64,000 nt of DNA from Terriglobia bacterium (GTDB lineage: Bacteria > Acidobacteriota > Terriglobia > 20CM-2-55-15): NCBI GenBank assembly GCA_965198225.1, contig CBDAOY010000009.1, positions 160,001 through 224,000 of the forward strand, read 5' to 3'. A program made the translations under genes and the position numbers. Shown one piece after another: positions 20,096 to 30,582 of the stretch. The notes under the pieces are model-generated. The model was not told the origin of the DNA, ran no database searches, and saw only the letters and a program-made list of their open reading frames with translations. Position 1 is the first letter of the stretch. Each line of letters begins with the position of its first letter.

Positions 20096-21142
20096 GTGAA
20101 CAAGAGCAAGCGAGCCCTCACGTGTAGTTTTCTCCTCCTTGTAATCGCGGCCGCAGAAGGCTGCGCTAGGGGATCAACGCCCGGGGCGACCTCGGCGCAA
20201 GCGGAGCATGGTGAAGCGAAAGCCCGATGGGAGCTGGCATCTATCGTGCCACCGGGCAACTATATTGCCGATCTGACCGACACGTTCGCCGAGCGGGTCG
20301 CGCAGGTAACGGACGGCGACGTGACGATCTCCGTCCACCTCTCAGGCGTCCTGGGTCTGAAGGGACCGGAAATGCTGAATGCGGTACGCGATGGCCTCGT
20401 TCACATGGCCGACATTCAGATGAATCAGCAGGTCGGCGAAGACGCGCTCTTCGGCATCGAATCGACTGCTTGCCTGGCAACAGACTTTGACCAGCTCTGG
20501 GAGTTGCAGAAACTGACACGGCCGGTCTTTGAAGCACTGACTGCCGACTACAACCAGAAGCTCCTTTATGTCTACCCTCTACCCCGACAGGTTCTTTTTG
20601 CAAACAGGGCGACCGATACTTCCCTCAGCCAGTATGCGGGCCTGAGTGTGCGCACGATTGATCGCAACGGAGTCGATTTCTTCCGGCGGCTCGGCGCCGT
20701 GCCGCGGCAGATGCCCTGGCCGGACGTTGTGGCGGCGCTGTCGACTCACGCGCTCGATGCGGTCTCCACATCGCCAACGTCGGCCGTCGACGGAAGCTTC
20801 TGGGAATTCCTCGGACATGCGACGCTTCTACACTGGCAGATGAACTCCTTTATGCTCACGGTCAACCTGGATGCCTGGCATCGAATATCGGATGAGCATC
20901 GAATCGCCATCGAGGCCGTGGCGGGCGACCTGGAGGTTCGGCTCTGGGAGGCCAGTCGCCAGTCTGAGTCGGACACCCTTGCGATCCTACGCCAGAACGG
21001 TATGACCGTCGTCGAACCCGACCGGGCACTGCGCGCAGAGATACAGGCTGTTTGCGAGGACGTCTGGCAGGAGAAGCTCGCCACCGAGGACGCTGTAGCG
21101 GTCGATCTCCTTCGACGATACCGGTCCACGACGGGCCAATGA
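20096..21142 (+). CDS. dctP: TRAP transporter substrate-binding protein
   Basis: GLKGPEMLNAVRDG, GLSVRT, MPWPDVVAAL; coupled to small and large subunit genes. Confidence 0.88.
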   Translation: MNKSKRALTCSFLLLVIAAAEGCARGSTPGATSAQAEHGEAKARWELASIVPPGNYIADLTDTFAERVAQVTDGDVTISVHLSGVLGLKGPEMLNAVRDGLVHMADIQMNQQVGEDALFGIESTACLATDFDQLWELQKLTRPVFEALTADYNQKLLYVYPLPRQVLFANRATDTSLSQYAGLSVRTIDRNGVDFFRRLGAVPRQMPWPDVVAALSTHALDAVSTSPTSAVDGSFWEFLGHATLLHWQMNSFMLTVNLDAWHRISDEHRIAIEAVAGDLEVRLWEASRQSESDTLAILRQNGMTVVEPDRALRAEIQAVCEDVWQEKLATEDAVAVDLLRRYRSTTGQ

Positions 21143-21696
21143 GGGCCGACATCGCGTTGACCGGGCTGAGGCCAATCGCTGACGGCTTTTGCAGGGTCGT
21201 GGATCATACCTCGCGGCTGGCGGCCGGCGTTGCGGCCTTTTGCCTCGGGCTCATCCCCGCGCTGATCATTTCCGACCTCCTTCTGCGAGTCATGTCCCTC
21301 GGCTCGCTCGAATCTGTCTGGGAATACAGCACCTATCTAATGGCCACTGCCACCTTTCTGGGCAGTGCTCATACCTTGCGCACAGGCGGGCACATCCGAG
21401 TTGGATTGCTGTCGCTGAGGGGACACCCGTCGGCGCAAAAGGCGGCTGAAATCGGCGTCACCCTCGTTGCGCTCCTGATCAGCCTGTTCATCGCCTGGGC
21501 TATGGCGGAACTCGCCTGGCGCTCGGGCATCAGGGGATCCTTATCAGCGACCGCGGCCGCAACACCGCTGGTCGTCCCGCAGGTGTTTTGCGTTCTTGGT
21601 TCCTTTCTACTGTGCCTGCAGTTGATGGCCCGCCTCGCAAACATCGTGCGGGGTCGGCCACTGGAAACCTCGCCCACCGCAGGGACCGCTCAGTGA
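21139..21696 (+). CDS. dctQ: TRAP transporter small permease
   Basis: Four hydrophobic segments, GGHIRV; ATGA overlap. Confidence 0.85.
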   Translation: MRADIALTGLRPIADGFCRVVDHTSRLAAGVAAFCLGLIPALIISDLLLRVMSLGSLESVWEYSTYLMATATFLGSAHTLRTGGHIRVGLLSLRGHPSAQKAAEIGVTLVALLISLFIAWAMAELAWRSGIRGSLSATAAATPLVVPQVFCVLGSFLLCLQLMARLANIVRGRPLETSPTAGTAQ

Positions 21697-22979
21697 ACGG
21701 CGCACTCCTCACAATGACCGGTCTCCTCGCAGCACTTCTAGCCGGACGCTTGTGGGTGGCCCTGGCGCTATTCGGCACCGGCATGACCCTCCTGTTCATG
21801 TTCCGCGAGTTGCCGGTCGATCGTATCCTGGCGCAGAGCTACTGGAACATCACGACATCCCCCGACCTGCTGGCTCTGCCTCTTTTCATCCTGATGGCCG
21901 AAGTCCTCCATAGATCGCGCGTATCGGACGGATTGTTCAAGGGCCTGACGCCCTGGGTGTCAGGTCTTCGAGGCGGCCTTCTCCACGTCAACGTGGTGGG
22001 ATGCACGCTCTTTGCGGCGGTCAGCGGATCATCGGCAGCGACGGTGCTGACGATCGGTCGTGTCACCGTGGATGAGTTGCTCTCGAGGGGCTATGACCGC
22101 CGCCTTGCGCTCGGCTCGCTGGCAGGCGCCGGCACCCTGGGCTTTCTGATCCCACCCAGCCTGATCATGATCATTTACGGCGTTCTTTCGGGAGCATCGA
22201 TAACCAGACTATTCATCGCCGGCATTCTGCCGGGTCTGGTGCTCGCGCTCGGCTACGCCGTCGTGATCATCCTGTCGCCTGGTTCTCTCCGGGGCCCGGA
22301 CGAAAAGCGGCGCCCGAGCTGGCGGGAGCGTGTCGCTGGTCTCGGTGACATCATGCCGACGATGCTGCTCATCCTTGCCGTGATCGGTTCGCTGTATGGC
22401 GGTATTGCCAGCCCGACAGAAGCGGCCGCGGTTGGCGTGCTTGGGGCCGCCCTCACAAGCGCTTTTCAGGGAAGCCTGACGAGGGAGAACGTGACGCTCG
22501 CCTTGACCGGCGCCGTGCGAACGATGTGCATGGGCATTTTCATCGTCGCTGGCGGGTTCTTCTTCTCGGTCGTCCTTGCCTATCTGCAGATACCGCAATC
22601 GCTGCTGGCGAGTGTTGCCGCATGGAATCTGGCCCCGTTACAGCTGATTCTGCTGTTGATGCTTTTCTACCTGGCACTCGGGCTGATCCTTGACGGTACA
22701 TCCACCATCATCATGACGCTGCCCGTCGTGTTGCCTCTCGTCACCGGCGCCGGTTTCGATCTGATCTGGTTCGGGGTCTTTCTGATCCTGGTTGTCGAGA
22801 TGGCACAGATCACGCCGCCGGTCGGATTCAACCTGTTCGTTATCCGGTCCCTGACCGATGAACCCGTCGGCAGGATCGCGCGTTACGCCTTTCCCTTTTT
22901 CCTCGTGACGCTGGCGATGACGCTGCTCATCATCTTCTTTCCGGGGTTAGTGACATTTCTTCCCAACAGGATGTCCTAG
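21693..22979 (+). CDS. dctM: TRAP transporter large permease
   Basis: LLALPLFILM, AVSGSSAA, GFLIPPS, SPTEAAAVG, ITPPVGFNLF. Confidence 0.92.
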   Translation: MNGALLTMTGLLAALLAGRLWVALALFGTGMTLLFMFRELPVDRILAQSYWNITTSPDLLALPLFILMAEVLHRSRVSDGLFKGLTPWVSGLRGGLLHVNVVGCTLFAAVSGSSAATVLTIGRVTVDELLSRGYDRRLALGSLAGAGTLGFLIPPSLIMIIYGVLSGASITRLFIAGILPGLVLALGYAVVIILSPGSLRGPDEKRRPSWRERVAGLGDIMPTMLLILAVIGSLYGGIASPTEAAAVGVLGAALTSAFQGSLTRENVTLALTGAVRTMCMGIFIVAGGFFFSVVLAYLQIPQSLLASVAAWNLAPLQLILLLMLFYLALGLILDGTSTIIMTLPVVLPLVTGAGFDLIWFGVFLILVVEMAQITPPVGFNLFVIRSLTDEPVGRIARYAFPFFLVTLAMTLLIIFFPGLVTFLPNRMS

Positions 22980-23019
22980 CTAGCAGCCCGCGCGTGAGAG
23001 GGCGGGACTTCCGGTCCAG

Positions 23020-23209
23020 GTGTAGGTGCGGTCTGTGACCGCACAAATGCCCCCGGAACCATGAGTTGTGCGCTCATAGAGCGCACCTACACCCGCGCGA
23101 AGATGTGTAGTCGGCAGGCAGAGACGCGATGTCAGACCGGTGTAGGTGCGGTCTATGACCGCACACTCTGCAGACCGAAACAATGTGCGCTGATAGAGCG
23201 CACCTACAC
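23020..23209. repeat. Two tandem GTAG-REP doublets (REPIN/BIME-like)
   Basis: GTAGGTGCGGTCTRTGACCGCAC paired with inverted GTAGGTGCGCTCTATSAGCGCAC at 23020-23092 and 23140-23209. Confidence 0.9.
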
Positions 23210-23210
23210 G

Positions 23211-24488
23211 TTAGGAGCAAATGCGATAGGCAGCCAAGGCGATGGCTTTGGCGGCGGTGACAATATCGGAAAGCAAGACCCGTTCGTCGGGTGCCGGCCA
23301 TTCATCGTAAATACGGATGTCGCCCGGACCGTACTGCAAAGACGGAATGCCCGCAGCGTCCAGAAGATTGCCGTCGCCCACGTTGCCGAGCCGAAGTCCC
23401 CCGCCCAGATGCGGCGCGTCGCCGGACGCAACGCGGTGCCCTTCGGCCAGAGCTGTCACGAGCGGATTGTCCTTTTCGATATACATCGGATCCATGCCCG
23501 CTGCCTCGGGACCATCGGCCGGGATGAAGATCCTGGCATCGAAGGCCGGGAAGTCGGTCTTGATCTCCTCCAGCAGCCGCTCGACATCCCGGCGCACGCT
23601 GTCTTCGGTCTGGCCGGGAACCGTTCGGATCTGAAACGTCATGTCGCACTCCCGGATCGGGGCGTCGCTGACTCTCCGGTAGAGATAGTGTTCCCGGTGG
23701 ACGGTGTCGATGGAAATCTGTGGAAAGCCGGGCAAATCGTCATGGGGCTCGAAAGTAAGCCAGCCGCCAGGCACCAGCGCATTAAAACTGCCGCCCAACC
23801 GCCGAATGATCTCGACCTGTTGTTCGATCGGATTGAAGTAGGCGGCTCGTGCTTCCTCATTGTGTCGGAAGAAGAGTTCCGGCGACTGCGTCCTGACGCG
23901 GATGAAAACGATGCCGACGCAGGTGGTCGCGATGGTGTTGGCCGAGTGTTCCATATTGATGCAACAATCGGCCCGCACGCCATGTTCTATGAGCGCCCTT
24001 GTCCCTGCTCCCAGGAGTTTGTGCCCGGCAACCGGGCAGACCAGGATGTCGCCTTCGAGGCGGACGCCGCTTCGAACAATCGCTTCAACTGCCGCCAGCG
24101 CGGCCGCCAGCCCGCCTTTGTCGTCATGGGCTCCAATTCCCCAAACCCAGCCCTCCTCGTAAATCCCGGCGTAAGGATCCACAGTCCAGCCGCTCATTTC
24201 AACACCGGGATCCATATGGCCGTTCAGCATCAAAACCCTGCCGCCGCCGGTGCCTTTGAGCCGACCTACAGGTTGTCGGGTGCTGCCTTTGTCGGCATCC
24301 CAGGGATGCGGCACGGCCATCATTTCGACTGAAAGCCCCATGTCCGACATCTGCTCGGCTAGATAATCGGCAAGCCTCTGCTCCTCGAAACTCGAGCTCG
24401 GAATCCGGATCATGGCCTGTTCGAGAGCCAGGACGCGATCTTCCTGGATCAAACCGACTACGTCAGAATTAGTTTCGCTATTTGACAT
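23211..24488 (-). CDS. M20/ArgE-DapE family metallohydrolase with atypical ligands
   Basis: LNGHMD, GAHDDKGG, YGPG; usual EE and C-terminal His positions differ. Confidence 0.8.
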   Translation of the reverse strand: MSNSETNSDVVGLIQEDRVLALEQAMIRIPSSSFEEQRLADYLAEQMSDMGLSVEMMAVPHPWDADKGSTRQPVGRLKGTGGGRVLMLNGHMDPGVEMSGWTVDPYAGIYEEGWVWGIGAHDDKGGLAAALAAVEAIVRSGVRLEGDILVCPVAGHKLLGAGTRALIEHGVRADCCINMEHSANTIATTCVGIVFIRVRTQSPELFFRHNEEARAAYFNPIEQQVEIIRRLGGSFNALVPGGWLTFEPHDDLPGFPQISIDTVHREHYLYRRVSDAPIRECDMTFQIRTVPGQTEDSVRRDVERLLEEIKTDFPAFDARIFIPADGPEAAGMDPMYIEKDNPLVTALAEGHRVASGDAPHLGGGLRLGNVGDGNLLDAAGIPSLQYGPGDIRIYDEWPAPDERVLLSDIVTAAKAIALAAYRICS

Positions 24489-24592
24489 GGCGCGACTGAG
24501 GCTGCCTTTTTCTCATCAGGCAGCGAAGGTCCCTCCCCTGATAGGATCGGCACTCTTGTCATAAATTGTGCATCACGGACGCGTCTTGCAAG

Positions 24593-26815
24593 CTAGAACC
24601 GGCGTGTGAAGGCAAGCTTGCTGGAAACCTGGCGGTTGAGTGTCTGGATTCCGTCCGGCCTGAGTAGGTCGTCGATCCAATTCTGGTTGAGCACCAGGAA
24701 GATGTCGTTGCCGGGTTTCAGGATCCAGCGGAAACGCGCCTGCCAGCCGAGGATCCGGCTGACGGTGTCGTACTGGAAACGGTTGGCCAAAGAGACCCAG
24801 GGTCCGAACTGCGTGTTGAGCTCCGATCGCAAAAGGCTCGTCGAAAAGCCGCCTTCAGCGAGTTCCACCCGGTTGAACTCGCCGCTCACGCTGGCGAAGA
24901 AGCCGGGACGGGGACGGATCCTGAGTTCGAGAGAAAACTCCCGGCGCGTTCCGGAGAAAAAGTTTCCCCACTCCAGTTCGGCAGAAGCCGCGAGCTTTCG
25001 ACGGTCGGCGGTGTTGATCTCGACGCTGTACCTGGTGAAGTCGTACTCGGTGCCCTCGGGCAGAACGATGCCCGGGTTGATTTCAAAATCCTTTTCAAGC
25101 CGCTCGAAGCTGGGTACGGCCTTGAACAGAAAAGTATCCTGTGAATGCAGCTCCATCTCGAACACGGTCACGTCAAAAATGCGCGTGATCAGATTGTTTT
25201 TGGTGTCCATCCAGAACTGGGCGTCGGAACCGAACCGGAACCGCCGGATCCAGGGATGGTCGGCCGGACGGGGCGCGAAGAACAGCTCCGGATTCACCCG
25301 CCGGAAACCGCGACGCGGCGTGAATCCCACGGCCGGATTGAAATTCTCTTGAAGCTCGCGGACCGACAGGTTCGACTGCCAGGTGTCGTTCGGGTAGTGA
25401 AGCCGGAAACCGCGCGCCGCGCCACGACCACGTCGCTCGGGCGTGTTATTCCAAAAGTAGAATCCGGTGAAAGACAGGTTGCGGTCGCCGCGGAAGCGGC
25501 TGGTCGAGAGCTGAATCTCCGCGCCCGCCGTCTGCAGAACGGCGGCGCCCGTCCCTTGCGCGCCGCGTCGCGTATAGATCGTCGCCACGTGAGACTCCGA
25601 GAGAAAGCGGCGTTTCAAGCGAACCACTGAAAAGTCTTCACCTGGAATGTTGCCGGAATCGGCGGTTCGGACCTGCAACACACCGATGTCGTGGGCGCCA
25701 GCCTGACCCGTGAGCTTCACTCCGTAGACGATCCGCTGCGGGTTACCTTCGGCGTCAAGGCCGATTCGGCGGCTGAAGAACGGGGTGACGCCGGCCGTCG
25801 AAAGATCGAAGAAGTTCGACCCGTCCAGGAAAAAGTCACGCTTTTCGGGAAAGCGGAGCGGAAACCGCGTCAGGTTGACCTGGCGATCGTCGACTTCGGT
25901 CTCTGCGAAATCAGTGTTCAGTGTGAAGTTTGCCCGAAGCTCAGGCGTCACGCTGTAGAAGAGATCGAAACCCGCGTCACCCCGGTAGGTCCGGTCAGCG
26001 TCCGAGATCGGTCTGTCTGTAATCTTGCCCGCCAGGTAGGGCTTCACGTCCAGTCCCAACCCCTGGTCGATTTCATCCAGCCCGACCACGAGCCCCGCGG
26101 TGCTCATCTGCATCAAGCCCTGGTTCCGTGAGTACCCGTTCCAGCGGCTTTCTTCATTCTTCCGCCGCACGGTCCGCTGGAAGTTCACGCCCCAGGCGGG
26201 GGCGTTCGGATCGAAGTTCACCGTGGCGAACGGGATCTCGATCTCGGCCTGCCACCCGATGTCGGTGCGTCGGACCCTGGCGGTCCAGATGCCGTCCCAC
26301 GCCTTGTTGGCTCGGAAACCTCCCCCGGCGGATGGGTTGATCAGACCGTCTCCCATTGCTCCCGATGGATTGATCTCGAAGTAATATCCAGTTCGCTCGT
26401 CGAGGAACGGATCCAAAGCCCACATGAATCGATCGTCTGCTTCAAAAGGCTGGTCACGCTGCATCTGATTGCCCAGGAGGGCTTCCGCATCCGAGTCGAG
26501 ACAAAGGATTCCCAGATACAAACTCGTTCTGCCGTATACAACGCGTACTTCTGTCGCTTCGGTCGCCGGCTTGCCGTTGTCGGGATCCTGCTGCAGGAAG
26601 TCCCGCGCCGGCATGGCCCGCTCCCAGACGGCTTCGTCCAGCCGGCCGTCCAGGTCGATGGATTCGCTCGCTTCCATGGGAATCGCTTCAACGACTCGGC
26701 GGTCTTCGTACCCGCGCAGCAGGTCGACCTGGCCGTGCGCTGTTAAGGCCAGCGCCGAACCAAGAAGAAGGAGAACCGCTCCGAGGAAGCGGGCTTCGCG
26801 TGGGGTCCCGTCCAT
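24593..26815 (-). CDS. CBM9-like/DUF5916 outer-membrane protein
   Basis: LDGRLDEAVW, AEIEIPF, NTDFAETEVD, NLTRFPLRFPEKRDFF; C-terminal Phe. Confidence 0.85.
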   Translation of the reverse strand: MDGTPREARFLGAVLLLLGSALALTAHGQVDLLRGYEDRRVVEAIPMEASESIDLDGRLDEAVWERAMPARDFLQQDPDNGKPATEATEVRVVYGRTSLYLGILCLDSDAEALLGNQMQRDQPFEADDRFMWALDPFLDERTGYYFEINPSGAMGDGLINPSAGGGFRANKAWDGIWTARVRRTDIGWQAEIEIPFATVNFDPNAPAWGVNFQRTVRRKNEESRWNGYSRNQGLMQMSTAGLVVGLDEIDQGLGLDVKPYLAGKITDRPISDADRTYRGDAGFDLFYSVTPELRANFTLNTDFAETEVDDRQVNLTRFPLRFPEKRDFFLDGSNFFDLSTAGVTPFFSRRIGLDAEGNPQRIVYGVKLTGQAGAHDIGVLQVRTADSGNIPGEDFSVVRLKRRFLSESHVATIYTRRGAQGTGAAVLQTAGAEIQLSTSRFRGDRNLSFTGFYFWNNTPERRGRGAARGFRLHYPNDTWQSNLSVRELQENFNPAVGFTPRRGFRRVNPELFFAPRPADHPWIRRFRFGSDAQFWMDTKNNLITRIFDVTVFEMELHSQDTFLFKAVPSFERLEKDFEINPGIVLPEGTEYDFTRYSVEINTADRRKLAASAELEWGNFFSGTRREFSLELRIRPRPGFFASVSGEFNRVELAEGGFSTSLLRSELNTQFGPWVSLANRFQYDTVSRILGWQARFRWILKPGNDIFLVLNQNWIDDLLRPDGIQTLNRQVSSKLAFTRRF

Positions 26816-27169
26816 GGCGCACGATTATAGACCTATAACAGCATGTGAAGATTGTGGCAAACGCATCGATCCCACCCCCCGCAGATGCACTGATTGCAGG
26901 TTTGCGCCAGGCGACAGTTTGATTGCTTCAAACTCCGTTCGGATGTTGAATAGGGGGCTACTGAAAAATCACAATCTCTCAGCGTCCTGTTCTCGTTCGG
27001 TCCTCGCCCTGATATCGGCCGAACAGTGGGGGTCCCCATGGGCTGGCAGTCAACATTCGACTTTCACGGTCTAATCCACAACGTCGTGGCTCGAGCCACT
27101 CACACATACGGTAGTTTCCGCCGGAAGGGCTTACCCGGGTTCTCCGGTCGATCCAAGGAGTCCAACACC

Positions 27170-30100
27170 ATGCGTAGAACCTTCCAGCGGTGGTTTGTCG
27201 CCGCGATTCCCGTCGGCGCCACTTTGCTCCTTCATGCTGGCATGCTCTCCGCCCGGCAGTCCGCGGACTGGGACGTTACACTCCCAAGGGGCGAGACACG
27301 GGAGATCGACTTCACAACGACCGAAGGCACCTGGACGTCGGTCGACGTTTCCCCGGATGGATCGTGGATCGTCTTCGACCTGCTCGGCCACGTCTACCGC
27401 ATGGACGCGCAAGGCGGGACCGCCGAGCCACTCACCGGGAACAGCGGCATCGCTCTGAACTACCAGCCCCGAATCTCGCCAGACGGCCGGACCGTCGCCT
27501 TCATATCGGACCGGGGTGGCCAGGACAACCTGTGGATCATGAACGCAGATGGTTCGGAGCCCCGACCCGTGTTCCACGACCTGAACTCCCGGGCTTTGAC
27601 CCCGGCCTGGACGCCGGATGGCGAGTACATCGTCGTCCGACGCGACGTCATCGCCCGTGGCGGTGTCGGCGAAGACGGCCTCGGGATCTGGATGCACCAC
27701 CGGGACGGCGGCGACGGCGTACGGCTGGTGGAGGATGGCGCCGCACACTGGCCGTCCGTCTCGCCTGACGGCGCTTACGTGTACTACCACGCCATCGAGG
27801 GCGGCCGAGACCGTGACGCCCTCCGCGGTGACTACCAGCTTCGCCGCGTGGACATCAGGAGCGGACACATCATCGATATCACCAGCGGGACCGCGCACAG
27901 CACGGCCTCCGGACGCCGGTCGAGCGGCGGCGCGTTCGCGCCCGAGATCTCTCCCGATGGACGCTGGCTCGCCTTTGGACGTCACATACCCGACGGCACC
28001 GTTTCGTTCAAGGGCCACCGCTTCGGGCCGCGCACCGCGCTGTGGTTGCTCGATCTCGAGACGGGAGTGGAGCGGATCGCTCTGGACCCGATCAATATCG
28101 CCATCGAGAGCGGTGACAAGAACATGCGCGTTCTGCCGGGCTATGCGTGGTCCCGGGACGGGCGCTCGATTCTCATCTCCGGAGGTGGCGGCATCGGTCG
28201 TCTCGATGTCGCCTCCGGCGGCGTGACCTCAATCCCTTTCGAGGCAAGGGTGCAGCGGACCATCTCGGAACGGGTTCATCATCCGTTCCGGATCGACGAC
28301 GGCCCGTTCGAAGCAAAGTTCCTGCGCTGGCATACCGGCTCGCCTGACGGCGAGACGCTGGCTTTCCAGGGTGTCGGTCGGGTCTGGCTCTCCGATCTGC
28401 CGGGGGGTACGCCCCGTCGTCTGACGCCGGAGTCATTTGAACCCGTACAGGAGTTTGGTCCGGCGTGGTCCCCCGACGGACAGTGGATCGCGTTCACGAC
28501 CCTGGACAATAGCGGTGGCGGGCACCTCTGGAAGGCGCCGGCCCGCGGCGGTACCCCCATCCGCCTTACGACAGAACCCGGGGAATACGTGCATCCCGCC
28601 TGGAGCGCCGACGGTCGTGAGCTCACCGTTGCCCGGGGTTCGGGCGCCACGTTCAGAGGACGCACCGTCACCCACAACCCGTGGTGGGATGTCGTCCGGG
28701 TCCCTGCTGACGGCGGCGACCCGACCCATGTCGTCCGGGTGGCACTTCCGACAGGCAGCGGTCCGGAGAGGGTCCAGCGCCGGGCGATAGTCGCTCCTTC
28801 CTGGGGACCTGAAGATCGAATCTTCTTCCCGGAAATCATCGACGGCGGGACCGCCGTCGTTTCGATGCGGCCCGACGGCGAGGATCGCCGGACCCACCTG
28901 ATCCTTCCGTCCGCCGACGAGGTCGCCGCCTCGCCCGACGGACGCTGGATCGCTTTCCAGGAAGCCAACGACGTGTACGTCGTGCCGATGCCCCGGACGA
29001 CAGGCGGCGACGCGCCTCTCAGGCTCGACCGCCGGAGCGGCGGACTGCCGGTTCGCCAGCTCAGCCGCACCGGGGGCCTGTTCGTTCGCTGGCGCGACTC
29101 AAACTCGGTGGAGTTCGGCAGCGGGAGCCGGTACTACCGTCACGACCTGACTACCGAGCAGACCGAGACGTTCGACGTAGATCTGGTCGTGCCTCGCCGC
29201 ACCGTCGAGAGCACGGTGGCCCTCACCAATGCGCGGATCGTCACCTTCGCCGGCGCGGGCAACGACGAGGTGATCGAGAGCGGGACCATAGTGATAACCG
29301 GGTCGCGCATCGCCTGTGTCGGCAGCTGCGACACCAGCGCGGCCGATCGGGTGATCGATGCTTCGGGCCGCACGATCATCCCCGGGTTCATCGACATGCA
29401 CTCGCACCACCACCGCGAGCATCGCGGCTACCGGCCCCTGCGGGACTACGAGGTCGGCATCTACGTTGCCTACGGGGTGACGACCAGCCTGGACAATTCG
29501 ATGTGGGCGCAGAACATCTTCCCGAGTGCAGAGCTGATCGAAAGCGGCCGCATGATCGGTCCCCGCACCTTCAGCACGGGCGACCCGCTTCCGTTCGGCG
29601 AGCTGGCCAGCCGGGAGGCGACGGCCAACCACATCGACCGGCTCCAGTCCTGGGGCGCCGTTTCGCTGAAGCAGCACTCGCACCCCCGGCGTGACCGGCG
29701 GCAGTGGATTGCCGACGTCGCACGCGAGAAGGGGATCATGTTGACAGCCGAGGGCTACGATCTCGAATACAACCTCGGGCAGGCCATGGACGGCTACTCC
29801 GGGTGGGAGCATCCCCTCAGCGTCATTCCGATCTACTCCGACGTTGCGAAGTTCTTCGGACAGGCAAAGACCGTCTATTCGAACCCCTTCATGTTCGATA
29901 GCCCTACGGCGGCCAACATCGAGTACTGGTACGCTGAATCCGACGTCTGGAAACAGGAGAAGCAGCGCCGCTGGATGCCCTGGCGGATGACCACGTTCTT
30001 GCGCCGGCGCATGCTGCGGCCGGAAACGGATTACAGCTTCCCGCTGATCGCACAGGGGCTCGCCGATATCCTCGCCGAGGGCGGGCGCGGCGCCCTGGGC

Positions 30101-30466
30101 GGGCACGGCGAACACCACGGCACCAGCATCCACTGGGAGATCTGGATGGCTTCGTCCGCGCTGGGCCCGATGGGTGCCCTGCGGACCGCGACGCTCGGCA
30201 GCGCTTCCTTCCTGGGAGCGGACAAGGACCTCGGGACACTGGAAGTCGGCAAGCTCGCCGACCTGGTCGTACTCAACCAGAACCCGCTGGAGAACATCCG
30301 CAACACGACGGACATTCAATACGTGATGAAAGGGGGAGTTCTATACGAGGCCGATACGCTGGACGAGATCTGGCCCGAACAGCGCCCTTTCGGACCCTAT
30401 TACTGGGTCGACGAAGACGCCACGCGGACCGACGACCGGCCCGTCGGCTCCTGGCCGCCGCGCTAG
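27170..30466 (+). CDS. Amidohydrolase with TolB-like (PD40) repeats
   Basis: Repeated SPDG motifs; IIPGFIDMHSH; GTLEVGKLADLVVL. Confidence 0.9.
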   Translation: MRRTFQRWFVAAIPVGATLLLHAGMLSARQSADWDVTLPRGETREIDFTTTEGTWTSVDVSPDGSWIVFDLLGHVYRMDAQGGTAEPLTGNSGIALNYQPRISPDGRTVAFISDRGGQDNLWIMNADGSEPRPVFHDLNSRALTPAWTPDGEYIVVRRDVIARGGVGEDGLGIWMHHRDGGDGVRLVEDGAAHWPSVSPDGAYVYYHAIEGGRDRDALRGDYQLRRVDIRSGHIIDITSGTAHSTASGRRSSGGAFAPEISPDGRWLAFGRHIPDGTVSFKGHRFGPRTALWLLDLETGVERIALDPINIAIESGDKNMRVLPGYAWSRDGRSILISGGGGIGRLDVASGGVTSIPFEARVQRTISERVHHPFRIDDGPFEAKFLRWHTGSPDGETLAFQGVGRVWLSDLPGGTPRRLTPESFEPVQEFGPAWSPDGQWIAFTTLDNSGGGHLWKAPARGGTPIRLTTEPGEYVHPAWSADGRELTVARGSGATFRGRTVTHNPWWDVVRVPADGGDPTHVVRVALPTGSGPERVQRRAIVAPSWGPEDRIFFPEIIDGGTAVVSMRPDGEDRRTHLILPSADEVAASPDGRWIAFQEANDVYVVPMPRTTGGDAPLRLDRRSGGLPVRQLSRTGGLFVRWRDSNSVEFGSGSRYYRHDLTTEQTETFDVDLVVPRRTVESTVALTNARIVTFAGAGNDEVIESGTIVITGSRIACVGSCDTSAADRVIDASGRTIIPGFIDMHSHHHREHRGYRPLRDYEVGIYVAYGVTTSLDNSMWAQNIFPSAELIESGRMIGPRTFSTGDPLPFGELASREATANHIDRLQSWGAVSLKQHSHPRRDRRQWIADVAREKGIMLTAEGYDLEYNLGQAMDGYSGWEHPLSVIPIYSDVAKFFGQAKTVYSNPFMFDSPTAANIEYWYAESDVWKQEKQRRWMPWRMTTFLRRRMLRPETDYSFPLIAQGLADILAEGGRGALGGHGEHHGTSIHWEIWMASSALGPMGALRTATLGSASFLGADKDLGTLEVGKLADLVVLNQNPLENIRNTTDIQYVMKGGVLYEADTLDEIWPEQRPFGPYYWVDEDATRTDDRPVGSWPPR

Positions 30467-30488
30467 AGAAGCGAAACTTCAGGAGCGG

Positions 30489-30558
30489 GTGTAGGTGCGC
30501 TCTATGAGCGCACAGCGTTTCGGTTCGGAGAATGTGCGGTCATAGACCGCACCTACAC
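30489..30558. repeat. GTAG-REP doublet
   Basis: GTAGGTGCGCTCTATGAGCGCAC ... GTGCGGTCATAGACCGCACCTAC between convergent genes. Confidence 0.9.
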
Positions 30559-30582
30559 CTCACTTACCCTACACCGACAATC

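Noticed and set aside
22976-22983. CTAGCTAG as an excision footprint (also 46739-46746)
   Set aside because: Compatible with a TA-GC-TA scar but too short to distinguish from chance without comparative data.
23020-23209. Repeats with spacers resembling a mini CRISPR array
   Set aside because: Units alternate in orientation, start with GTAG and recur as dispersed doublets; no cas genes. They are REPs.
26950-26970. GGGGCTACTGAAAAA resembling an IS/MITE end
   Set aside because: No partner end or second copy found in the window.
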